The notes under the pieces are model-generated. The model made no database searches. It was given only the letters and a program-made list of their open reading frames with translations, and had not been told where the DNA came from. The translations under genes and the position numbers were made by a program. Of a stretch of 64,000 nucleotides of DNA, positions 12,375 to 23,049 are shown one piece after another. Location of the stretch: positions 496,001 to 560,000 of the forward strand of contig CDRNVI010000009.1 of the NCBI GenBank assembly GCA_977017575.1. The letters run 5' to 3'. Source of the stretch: Paramoeba atlantica. Lineage: Eukaryota; Protista; Discosea. How positions within the stretch are numbered: the first letter of the stretch is position 1; each line of letters opens with the position of its first letter.

Positions 12375-13499
12375 GCCTCTCTTCACAACGTCGAAAAAGC
12401 GCTGCACCAGTGGTTGGGAGAAATGACCAAAGAGCAAATCGAATTGGCTCGGCTGCCGCTAAAGAAAGGAGGCCTTGGTCTGACATCATGTCATAGTATT
12501 CGTGCGGCGTCATACGAAACTTCTCGTTACCTAGCTCTAGAGCGCAAAAACTCAATTTCTGCTCGGGCGGGCAATGTGAGTAACGTATCCGCTATCATGG
12601 ATAATGGAATGAGTCAAACAGCAGTGGTCGCCCCAATTGATGAAGTAACAACAGCCGCGCAATTGCACCAGAAAGCATACGAGGCTTTAAAGGATCACGA
12701 TCCCAGGCTAGCCACAATATTAAATGCTACCACACGGAAAGGAAGCTATGACTGGTTACAGTCTAATGCTAAATTTGTACCCACGCGTGCATTTCAGATT
12801 GCAATCATGACACGCCTTGGGATGCCTCATCCTCGACTCCCGAAATCGCTGCTGTGCCCCGGCTGTTGTATGTTACTCGACAACAAAACAGCTTTGCAGC
12901 ACATCCCCGGATGCGTCCAATGTACAGGGCTTAATGCCACAGTGAAGCACAATCGGCTGGTTAAGTATATCTTCGAGTTGGCGCAAAAGGCCGGTATACA
13001 ATGCGAGAAAGAACCGCGATCTTTTTCGACTTGGCAATGCGGAATTTGCAAGAATAAAGTGTTTCCAAGCAACAAAATGATTCATGACAAAACATGTGCC
13101 GGACGTCAGCTGTTTCGCTCAGGGCCGGATTTGGTGATATATTGGTCAACCGGGGAAATATTTTATGATCTAACTGTGGTGCACGAGCTATCGAACTCCA
13201 ATCAAGCGAAATCTTGTTCCCAGCTTCTTACAGATGCAATCAAGCGGAAACGGGATACATATGTGACATCCGGAAAAATTCCCGACTTCGCATTTCAGTG
13301 CATCCCAGTGCTGTCCTGCGGCTCTCTTCATCAAAATACGAGATCTCTGTTGCATGTCCTATCCGACGCGGCACTCTTAAATCGTCGAGCAACTGAAATG
13401 GAGTTCAAGCTCCTACTTCAGGAACTGAATGGGACGGAAGTGTACGCCCAGTTGCGGAACCACTTATCCCCGCAAGGCAGCAGCAGGTACAGCATTTGA
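12375..13499 (+). pseudogene. 3' third of a CRE element related to CRE-E (thumb to RLE)
   Basis: ORF 12414-13499 is colinear with the CRE-E C-terminus. Confidence 0.9.
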
Positions 13500-13674
13500 G
13501 CCAAATGTATCAACATAGTTTCGTTTTTCAATGCCTATATGTATTATTATACATAATATCTATAGAGAATTCCCACTCAAAGATATATAAAAAGAATAAA
13601 AATTGCAAAGGAAGGCAACAAGCTTAATAAATTTGACAAGCTTAATAAAATTCACAAGCTTAATAAAATTTGAG

Positions 13675-13795
13675 AGGACAGGTATACATTGAAAGCTTTC
13701 AGCCATGATCTTCCCGGTCTTGACGTATGTGTCATGTTTTCGTCGACAGGCGTCGCGGAATAAATGTGCACACTTTGTGTCAAGGTTTGAGGGTG
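13675..13795 (-). pseudogene. Small CRE RLE fragment
   Basis: APSNLDTKC..RRKHDTYVKTGKIMAESFQCIPVLS. Confidence 0.8.
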
Positions 13796-13809
13796 CAAAA
13801 AAAAAAAAA

Positions 13810-13956
13810 AAGATCAAGTTTTTTGTAAGATGAAGTTTTTTGTAAGATCAAGTTTTTTGTAAGATCAAGTTTTTTGTAAGATCAAGTTTTTTGTAAGATC
13901 AAGTTTTTTGTAAGATCAAGTTTTTTGTAAGATCAAGTTTTTTGTAAGATCAAGTT
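13810..13956. repeat. 17-bp tandem repeat AAGATCAAGTTTTTTGT, about 8.6 copies
   Basis: Units start at 13810, 13827 and so on to 13946. Confidence 0.95.
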
Positions 13957-13982
13957 CATTTACTTGTAAGTTCTGTTCTAGT

Positions 13983-14100
13983 TATTTTTGGAGGTAGTTT
14001 CTCTCACGAGAGAAGGGGGGAAGGTGATGTTTCGCCCGTGGCTTCCTGTCATAGGATTTCACAGGAGAAATGCCTCCAAGAAACGCTGAGAATCTAAGAA
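13983..14100 (+). other. Conserved structured motif, copy 3
   Basis: ATTTTTGGAGGTAGTTTCTCTCACGAGAGAAGGGGGGAAGG...CTTCCTG..ATAGGATTTCA..GGAGAAATG is shared with 5201-5320. Confidence 0.6.
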
Positions 14101-14129
14101 CATATAATATAAGAATGAAAAAAAAAAAC

Positions 14130-14200
14130 TATAAAAGTTTACGAAAAGAATTGCACAATGGAAATTTTGATTTTACTTGAACTTGAATATCGTGAAGTTC
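14130..14200 (+). mobile_element. Left end (A-repeat start) of a YR retrotransposon, isolated fragment
   Basis: TAAAAGTTTACGAAAAGAATTG..ATTTTGATTTTA resembles the start of the A repeat of element YR4 (reverse complement of 44750-44816). Confidence 0.5.
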
Positions 14201-14607
14201 TGCCTGATTGACATTCCATGTGCCAGGGTTGTAGTTATATTAAAAAAAAAAGCAGCAGATCAAGTTCACAACACCGTAGCGAAATGGGGGAAAGGCACTG
14301 AATGCGTAATAGAATAAAAAAAGAAATATTTGAATACCGGATACTCAAGAAGAGCTTGCTCTATTGATGTGCGATGTGGCGTGTTGTACGCATTCTTAAA
14401 ATCGATAGTCAAAATGGTGGCTCCTGCTTCGTGTTCTTCCAACAGCTCGTGGACGATAGATTCACATGCATTTTTCTGTAGGATTCCCCGCTGGATAGGT
14501 TGGAATATTTTTGTTAAAGAACTCGCATGTCGCTCAAGAAGTATACATCATTCTGTACCTTGTTGAATGAGTTTGTTGATTTTTCTTTCCTACTCTTTTT
14601 CTTTGAA

Positions 14608-17221
14608 ATGGGCATGCTCACGCGTGCCAAAGCGAAGGAGACGGGGGTAGCTCCCGTCGTCCAGTCGCTTCCCCCCACACGCCGGAAGAAGAGACTCCCC
14701 GCGGAAAAGCCAACGCTACTACCGCCGCCATCGCCACCACCGCCCCAGCAGTCGCCACCGCCGCAGCAACGATCGCCACCACCACCACAGCCACCACTGC
14801 AGCCACTACCGCAACGACCGGACCAATCGTCAATCAATTTCACGGCCCCGAAGTCGCGTGAGCCATCATGCAACAGACCGGAGAAAGGCAGCGCGAGTTG
14901 CGAAACAAGCGTATCAACAAAGAACACCTCCCTAACCTCTTACCCTTCAATAGGCAAAGCGTCGCCCGGTAAAATCGTCATCCGTCGACGCGGCACTCGT
15001 TATAGATCCTTCCAGCACCTGCTTGATACAATGAAAGAACAGGAGGCTGTCGCAAAAGAAACCGCCACGAAGGAAGCTGCCGCGAAAGAAGCCGCCGCGC
15101 AGGAAGCTGCCGCGAAAGCGATAGCAGCGAAACAGGCTTCACAAGAAGGACTCGAAAAAGTAACTCCAAACCGGGTAGCGGTAAATCAGACAAATCGGCT
15201 GGCGGCCATCGGGAAAGTGGCCGGTTTTGTCGGGAAAACAGTCTGGAAGGGACTTCAAACCCTCAACGGAGCTCATTTATTGAAGAGAGATGAAAGCCCA
15301 CTAAAAAAACAATACGTCAACGGCTACTCAAATCATGGGGAGGGATGGTTTCACGACGTGCGAGGTTTCGACATCTTCTCCGACGCGCCCGAAGGGGATA
15401 CACCTGATACGTATTTCACGCCTGTAAAACCCGATTATCGGACTCCCAACGATGATGAAACACCACCTACATGTACATCGCGTGCATCACAACCTTTTCA
15501 TCGCTTCTTCTATGCAGAGTACTCGGAGGCGTCGGAGCTGTGTTATTACGGATCGTGGGGTCGACTCACCGGGGTTCTTTCGAGCACAAACGGTGTACGT
15601 CAAGGTTCCACTCTCTCAACAGTATACTTTTGCGCCTTTTTACAACCAATTATTGAAACTTTGGCTGCAGAATTCCCTGACATCACGATTGCTGCATACG
15701 TTGATGATATTAACCTCGCTTCCCACGACACGCAACTCTTAAGCAAAGCTTTTGTACGCCTAAAAGAACTGCTGGCAGCGGAAGATCTCCTTGTATCAAC
15801 TGAGAAGTGCGTCTGGTTCAGCGGGGTAAGCCGAGTTTGGTTCAGCCAAGGAGCCTTTACCTGATGACATCAGGGATGCAGGGGTGAGAAATGAAGAAGA
15901 TGCACTGAAAACACTCGGAGCTTTTATAGGAGATGATGATAAAGTTAGTGAGAAACTTTTAAGTACATTCAAAAAGCACGATGCAATTTTCAGGAGACTC
16001 AAGCTCATGGGAGCAAACAACGTGTCAACCCAATTGCTGTCAAAATGTGTAAACGTACGGCAAACTTATCACATGCGTGTACATAACCCAACTGCGACTG
16101 AGGCATTAACGTTCAATTTTGACAATGCCATTGCGGAAGTTCTCACTTCGTGGTTTGGAAAGCTATCCGACGACCAGATTTCGCTACTTAGACTACCTGT
16201 AAAGAAAGGAGGCCTGGGTCTGACTGCGTGTCTACCTACCCGCAAAGCGGCATATGAATCTTCGAAATTCACAGTTCTTGAACGCCCAAAAACCAATTCA
16301 GTTCGGACTGGGGAATTCCAAGAAGCGAATGCCAACATGCATAAGGACGTACCAGTAGACGAATCAACGCAGGCGGCAGAGATACACGCGAAAACTTGGG
16401 TGCAACTCACGGAGTCGGAATCTCCCATGGCATCTATATTGCAAGCAACGACGCATAAAGGAAACTACGCATGGATCATGTCAAGCGCACGGTTTGTGCC
16501 ATCTCATCTATTCACTCTGGCACTTTTACCTAGGCTAGGTCTAACTCATCCGGAACTTCCACCCCGAATGTTATGCCCAGGATGCAAAGTTCTACTAACA
16601 TCCGGTTCCATTCTGACGCACATAGCAGGCTGCACAAAATGCTCAGGGCTCAACGCAACCGTGAAACATAGCACGCTAGTGAATTTCCTCTATGAGTTAA
16701 GCTTGAAAGCTGGCATTCCTTGTGAGAAGGAACCGCGCCTATATTCAACGTATCGGTGCACGCAATGCAATGAAGTAGTCGGGCCGGAATACAGGCAGAC
16801 ACATAGTAAAGTGTGCGGAGGGAAATCTTTTCGCCGCTCTGGACCAGATCTCGTAATTTACTGGAATGATGGAGAAATATATTACGATTTCACCGTGGTA
16901 CATGAATTAGCGCCTTCAAATTTGGGAACGAAATGCAATAAGCTATTCCGGGACGCCATCAAACGAAAACACGATACTTATGTCGCAACAAATAAAATCG
17001 CGAAAGAAAAATTCAGATGTATTCCCATCCTCTCTGGTGGATCCCTCCATTTCAATACGAAGTCGCTGTTAATGGCCCTCGCAGATGCGGGCAGCGTACC
17101 TCGACAGCAGCTTCAGCTTGAGCTACAACTTTTGCTACAGGAGCAAAATGGTGCCATACTATATTCACAACTTCGGAATTACCTTGAGAAGGACAAGAGG
17201 GCGCTCCAGTTCGCTATATAA
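14608..17221 (+). pseudogene. Rearranged CRE element (CRE-F): Pro/Ala-rich N-terminus, early RT deleted, frameshift near 15840, intact C-terminal part
   Basis: ORF 14527-15864 jumps from a low-complexity region to PFHRFFYAEY, GVRQGS and YVDD; ORF 15884-17221 carries the thumb, knuckle and RLE; short duplication TGGTTCAGC at the break. Confidence 0.88.
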
Positions 17222-17474
17222 AGAGTTTCTAAAGAGGGGCAGAGCTTCTAAAGCCTGCAGTCAGGATAGATTTTTCAGAACTTGAGATAGTAATTGGCGC
17301 ATTTACAATCAATAACCAAGCAGAACGGACATGTGAGCGATTTTGATGTGTATGAGGAATGAGTGAGTGAGGAGACGAGATGACGAGGGGGGCTCTCAGA
17401 TAGTAGGCAATCTGGGGTTTCTTCTTCTTGCCGTCACTAGCGTTTGGGTGATTTGAAGACTGGCGAGTGGGTGG

Positions 17475-18095
17475 TCCCCGCCGGGGGACTACCCATTCGC
17501 AAGAGAGAGAAAGTTTGAATATTGTTTTGTGGACGTCCATATATTTTTTGTTATCATTATAGTCAGGATAGAAAAGTTGAAAGACATGTAGTTATTTAGT
17601 TTTATTTACTTGATGAATATTATTTACTTAGGACAATTCTTTATATATTTTGTACAAAGATTTTATGATGAGCAATTCTTAGAGTTTACGGAAAGAATTG
17701 CTTGAAGAAAATATTTATTCTTTGACCGTGGCCCTACGGGACACATATACATATATGTACCTGATTTTGCCCCCTCCGGGGGGAACCATGTAATTATACT
17801 TTTAGCATACTATACTATACATTATTTTACTCTAGTGACTTATAACCTTTTTCCACTCGCAAAAGGAAAGTTGCCCCACCCGCCAAACCACTCCCCGCCG
17901 GGGGACTACCCATTCGCAAGAGAGAGAAAGTTTGAATATTGTTTTGTGGACGTCCATATATTTTTTGTTATCATTATAGTCAGGATAGAAAAGTTGAAAG
18001 ACATGTAGTTATTTAGTTTTATTTACTTGATGAATATTATTTACTTAGGACAATTCTTTATATATTTTGTACAAAGATTTTATGATGAGCAATTC
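17475..18095 (+). mobile_element. Solo B1-A2-B2 3' end of a YR retrotransposon (B1 17475-17678, A2 about 17679-17891, B2 17892-18095)
   Basis: Two identical 204-bp direct repeats; B start TCCCCG..GGACTACCC.TTCGCAAG is homologous to 30922-30988 (minus); AATTCT-N14-AGAATT junction at 17671-17702. Confidence 0.8.
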
Positions 18096-18190
18096 ACCCT
18101 TGAAAACAGCAAGGCATGCTTAATCAACGTTTATTCGCCTACGGCGACAGCGAATACGACAATACAAGACTCTTTTGATGATTCTAACTT
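18096..18190 (+). pseudogene. Possible AP-endonuclease fragment of a non-LTR element
   Basis: Manual translation gives TLENSKACLINVYSPTATANTTIQDSFDDS, resembling the APE (I/V)NVY(A/S)P motif. It is short. Confidence 0.4.
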
Positions 18191-18628
18191 TTTCTAGTTT
18201 TGCTGAGATAAATTTCGTTGCGATGAAATTCTACTGCGATAAAAATTCTGAAAAGATAAAATTATGCTGCGATAAATTTCTGCAAAGATAAAATTATGCT
18301 TAAGACCACTTTTGAAATGAATAGGTATAAACAAAAGGATTAAATCCCCAAATGCATATATACGGTTATGTGATCTCCGGGAAGTATTAGAACGAGCAAA
18401 AATGATTCTTTATTTGACGCTTGGCATGGGGATGATGTGTGAAGTCTGGTCGTGTAACTGTAAAAATACGGACGCAAGACGCGAGCAGCAAAGAAAAGAT
18501 TGTAAAAAGCGATGCAGTAATTGTTGCGCCATAGTTCGTAGTTGTTGCTTGTTGTTTTTTTTAAGTTTTTAAACCTGATGTCTGCCGGGGGCACGCGCCC
18601 CATCATTCGAAAGAGGAGAAAGGCTCCC

Positions 18629-19262
18629 GGAAAGCTACGGGAAACGTGCCATGAGGACTTGTCTGCGCGAAGCGTGTTGGTTTCTTATCCGCAGGTTGTG
18701 ATTTCTGGCCTCGAGCGCCCAAACCTCCTTTCAGCTCGGCTGGGTTTCGTCAACTTCCGGATGAGTAATCTTCGCGCTCACGGAAAGCTACGGGAGACGT
18801 GCCATGAGGACTTGTCTGCGCCAAGCGTGTTGGTTTCTTATCCGCAGGTTGTGATTTCTGGCCTCGAGCGCCCAAACCTCCTTTCAGCTCGGCTGGGTTT
18901 CGTCAACTTCCGGATGAGTAATCTTCGCGCTCACGGAAAGCTACGGGAAACGTGCCATGAGGACTTGTCTGCGCGAAGCGTGTTGGTGTCTTATCCGCAG
19001 GTTGTGATTTCTGGCCTCGAGCGCCCAAACCTCCTTTCAGCTCGGCTGGGTTTCGTCAACTTCCGGATGAGTAATCTTCGCGCTCACGGAAAGCTACGGG
19101 AAACGTGCCATGAGGGCTTGTCTGCGCGAAGCGTGTTGGTTTCTTATCCGCAGGTTGTGATTTCTGGCCTCGAGCGCCCAAACCTCCTTTCAGCTCGGCT
19201 GGGTTTCGTCAACTTCCGGATGAGTAATCTTCGCGCTCACGGAAAGCTAAGAGAAACGTGAG
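18629..19262. repeat. 153-bp tandem repeat, 4 full copies plus a partial copy
   Basis: Units start at 18629, 18782, 18935, 19088 and 19241 and are nearly identical. Confidence 0.97.
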
Positions 19263-19364
19263 GACTAGTCTGCGTCCTCCCGCAAGTTGTGATGTAAAGT
19301 CGATAAGAAGTTGATGTGCGAGATGAACTTATCGAGTCACGTAAAAAAAAAGACTTTGTATTAA

Positions 19365-22300
19365 GTTCGGTTCTCAGTAATTAAGAATTCTTCCACGGAA
19401 AAGCCGAAGAAAACACCACGCATCCGAGTCATTGGAGCCGAACCTTTATCGAAGAACTGGGTCGATCACGGAACACCCACCATCACCCCGGTAAAGAACA
19501 TCATCAAAATTACTCCGCAAAAATTTAAAATAGTCTCGAACCAAGAAAACTCTGGAAAAGCACGCGAAATCAACACACAATTTTCGTTTCCAACAGCTGA
19601 AAACGGGCAAGAGAGTGACATCGAAAGTGAGCGTGATCAAATGACGCTAGACAGTGATTCCGACGCTGATCAGGGAGAAATGGCGATGCGAAACAACAGC
19701 ACAAAAGCAGCAGATCAAGTTCACAACACCGTAGCGAAATGGGGGAAAGGCACTGAATGCGTAATAGTAGTATACTGTATGCATAATAGAATGGGGGTTT
19801 CGGCAGAATTCAGAGAGCTACAAGTCGAAAGGGACTGTTGTTGGACGAACCGCGCGAAAAGGCAATGTTAAAATTAAAGTATCCTACGTACCAGCCTTAG
19901 GAAACCAAGGACCCAGCGGCGTCTTATACCTTCCACAGTCGGACAAAATCAAAATCTACAGTCTTCGGGCGACGAAACTTCTTCAAGTGGAGACGGCGAT
20001 CCAGAACCTGGAGGAGGAATCAGAAAATGTCTCGTCTGACGACAGTGGCTGCGATCTCGACCCCCTCCCGGACCTTCCCAACATCGAGCCATCCTTCGCG
20101 GTGCATGTGGTAGCAATCTTCCGTGCGATTATCCGAGGCTATGCCACTGTTGAACTTGATTCTGAGAAAGCAGCGATCTGGCACAAATTTATGAATGCGC
20201 CGCGAGACTCACTTGCTACAGTGCGGGATGCAATTAGAAGAACCCAAAGAGTGGGACACGTGCGAAAGGAACGTAACGAGCTATCAGATGGCATAAATCT
20301 AAGTGCAGAACAACGAGCCGAACTAGAAATCGACAGGCGCGCGATCCGAAACGCGTTGCGAACAGCCAAAGCAGGGAATCTGGGGAAAGCCACTCGAATT
20401 CTAGATAACATTTACAAGGACTCCACTCTTTCGGCCGAAGAAAAATTTCAGAAACTACGAGAATTGCATCCTGTTGGACCCCCTATCCAAATACCGGAAG
20501 CTGACTTCCCACGCATCGGAGTTGTTGAAAGTTCGGAACTTCGTCTGGCAGTTGAGAAATTGGCTCGTGGAGCTTCCCCCGGGCCAAGCGGGCTAAGTGA
20601 GAGTATGATGCGGTTGCTTGTGGACGATGATGTATCATGCCTTTCACTGTGCCACATGATTCGAGATGTAATCAACGGAGAAGTTCCACTAAGCGTCCGG
20701 AAGCGCCTTACTCGCTGCAGAATCATCGCCCTACCAAAGCCGCAGAACGGGATACGGCCAGTTGCCATGGGAGACACTATTTTGAAAATCTGTGGATCTA
20801 TTCTACTGCAGCGACATGAAACCACCTTGAAGACATTCTTTGCGCCAATTCAACGAGGAGTCCTACACAAAAATGCCTGCGAATCCATCGTCCACGAACT
20901 GCTTCAAGAATACGAGGACGGACATGCGTTGCTTACGGTAGATTTCAGCAATGCGTATAATACCCCGCGACGCGATGCCATTGCACAAACACTGGTAAGC
21001 AATCCCATATTCAAACCTTTCCTGCGCCTGTTCTACTTTGAGTATGGGCTACCTTCGGAGCTCCTCTTCTTCGCGCATAATGCCCTCTACGCTGTCTTGG
21101 AAAGTTCTTCCGGAATCCGCCAAGGTTCAGCTCTATCCTCCATGTACTTCTGTGCCCTTCTACAAAGCCCAATACGAGAAGTAGCCAGCCTATATCCCGA
21201 CGTAACGATCAGGGCATACCAGGATGACGTGACCCTAAGCTCGAAAAACGTGTTGTCACTTGAGGCAGCGTTCTTGCACTTGCGCGAACTTACCAGTGAT
21301 CTTAACCTGCATGTCAAGTTTCAGAAATGTGAATGGTTCCAAAAGAATACTACATTTGATGACGAACTATTGTCTCTGAACCGCTTAGGCGTTAACTCCC
21401 GGAATGATGCGCTTAAAATATTGGGAGCGTACATAGGAGCAAATGAGGTGATAAAAGATCTTCTTCTACGGAAGATGGAAAAACACAAATGCCTCTTCCG
21501 TCGACTCCTGCTCATGGGTCCAAGCAATCTCTCCCTCGCAATTCTACGTCGATGCACGATTCCGCGACAAGATTATCATCTGCGAGTTCATCGTCCGGAA
21601 GCAACCACGCGGCTAGCCGAAACCTTCGAAGACCACGTTCAACAAGTTCTTAAGAAATGGTGCGGAGCTGACACACAAGCCTTGCAACTAGCGGTCCTTC
21701 CTCAGAAACTAGGCGGCCTAGGATTGATCTCTTCGACTTTGAAGCAGAAATACTACTTTGAAACTGCTCGGAAATCTATTGTTGAGCACCCAAAACCCAA
21801 TAACGCTCCAGTAGGTATAAAAGGTGGAGATAAAGTACACGCCAACGGACAAAGTCGTAGTGAAGTCGCCCAGAAGCTGCTGAAAAAGAAGATGAAAGAG
21901 GAACACGAAAAGAAGGCTTGCGAGCTACGGAAGAATTCGCAATTGGAGCTTGTAATGAAACGCACTATGGAGAACAACTTGCATCTCGAAAGCACGAGCA
22001 ATTATATCAATCCTTATTTATTTCGATACACACTCATGATGCGGTTAGGAATCAGTTTACCTCAAGCTCCTGCCAAAGTCACATGCCCTGGATGCTGCAC
22101 CCAAGAATCCCCATCCAGTATCATTCCACATGTTGCAGGCTGCTCTCGTTGCTCTGGTATGAACTGCACACGCAAACATTCCCACATCGTCCGCTACCTA
22201 TCAGAGTTATGTTCCAAAGCAGGTCTTCCGAACGTCACTGAACCGCGCATTCACTCCTCATATTACTGCACCAAATGTAAATGCTCCATCGCCGCCGACG

Positions 22301-22725
22301 TAGCCGAACAGCATCCATGTAAAGCACGCCGTATCCGCTCGGGACCTGATCTCGCCATCATGTGGCCACACATGGGGGAAGTGCTCTATGACTTCACGGT
22401 GGTGCACACCTGTTGCAACAGTTACGCGAAACAGACCAGTTCAGCACTCATACAACAAGCGATCGATCGAAAAATCAAGAAATATGTCTCCGAAAAGGGT
22501 GTCGATAGTGAATACTTCCGTTGTCTGGCCACCTCAGACTGTGGCCTTCCACACAATGACACCAAGGCACTTTTGAAGGCAATAGCGCAGCGCGCAAAAA
22601 TGAACTACGACAATGCACGACAGGGATTTCAACTTGAGATTGAAAAGATGTCCGCATACACGGTGGTATCTCAACTACGTGAGTACATTCCGAAGGATAA
22701 CTGGATAGGTGGACTTCGCTTCTAG
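19365..22725 (+). pseudogene. CRE element (CRE-G): long RT-RLE ORF; Tudor-like N-terminus separated by a 22-nt insertion (19767-19788)
   Basis: ORF 19987-22725 has all RT and RLE motifs (YQDD). Removing the 22 nt joins ORF 19641 in frame (KGTECVIEWGF...KGTVV...VSY). An uninterrupted copy of the junction (CGTAATAGAAT) is at about 14300-14313. Confidence 0.85.
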
Positions 22726-23049
22726 AAGGTCACTAAGTGTGTTCGCATACTCTCCCTCCCCCAGTCTTCTCTCACTTTGCTTCTTCTTTCACTTTGCTTC
22801 TTCCACCTAGTTGCTTGCTCTTTCCTAGCCAAAGACGATGCGCTAGCCGAGCTACTCCCATCCTCCTCTTCCTCCTAATACGCAGATCAGAATATTAGGT
22901 TCCTTTATAATATGTAAACTTGTGTAAAATAGTGATTGTATTTCATATGTATACCGCAGACTCCCCCTTCAAAAGCGTATGAATGCCGCAGGCATGAGGA
23001 AGATTATAATGGAATACTAGATATCGTATTAGGATGATAGTCCTGTCAA

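Noticed and set aside
13810-13980. U2 snRNA gene or U2-targeting (Utopia-like) site, from TAAGATCAAGT
   Set aside because: Only about 11-12 nt match, inside a tandem repeat. The U2 5' stem and branch-site region are absent.
18629-19262. 153-bp or 18-bp arrays as CRISPR arrays
   Set aside because: The units are contiguous, with no unique spacers and no cas genes, and the context is eukaryotic.
19767-19788. 22-nt insertion in CRE-G as a mini-intron
   Set aside because: No GT-AG placement restores the frame (a GT-AG excision removes 23 nt). It is flanked by a TAATAG duplication, which fits a replication or repair insertion.
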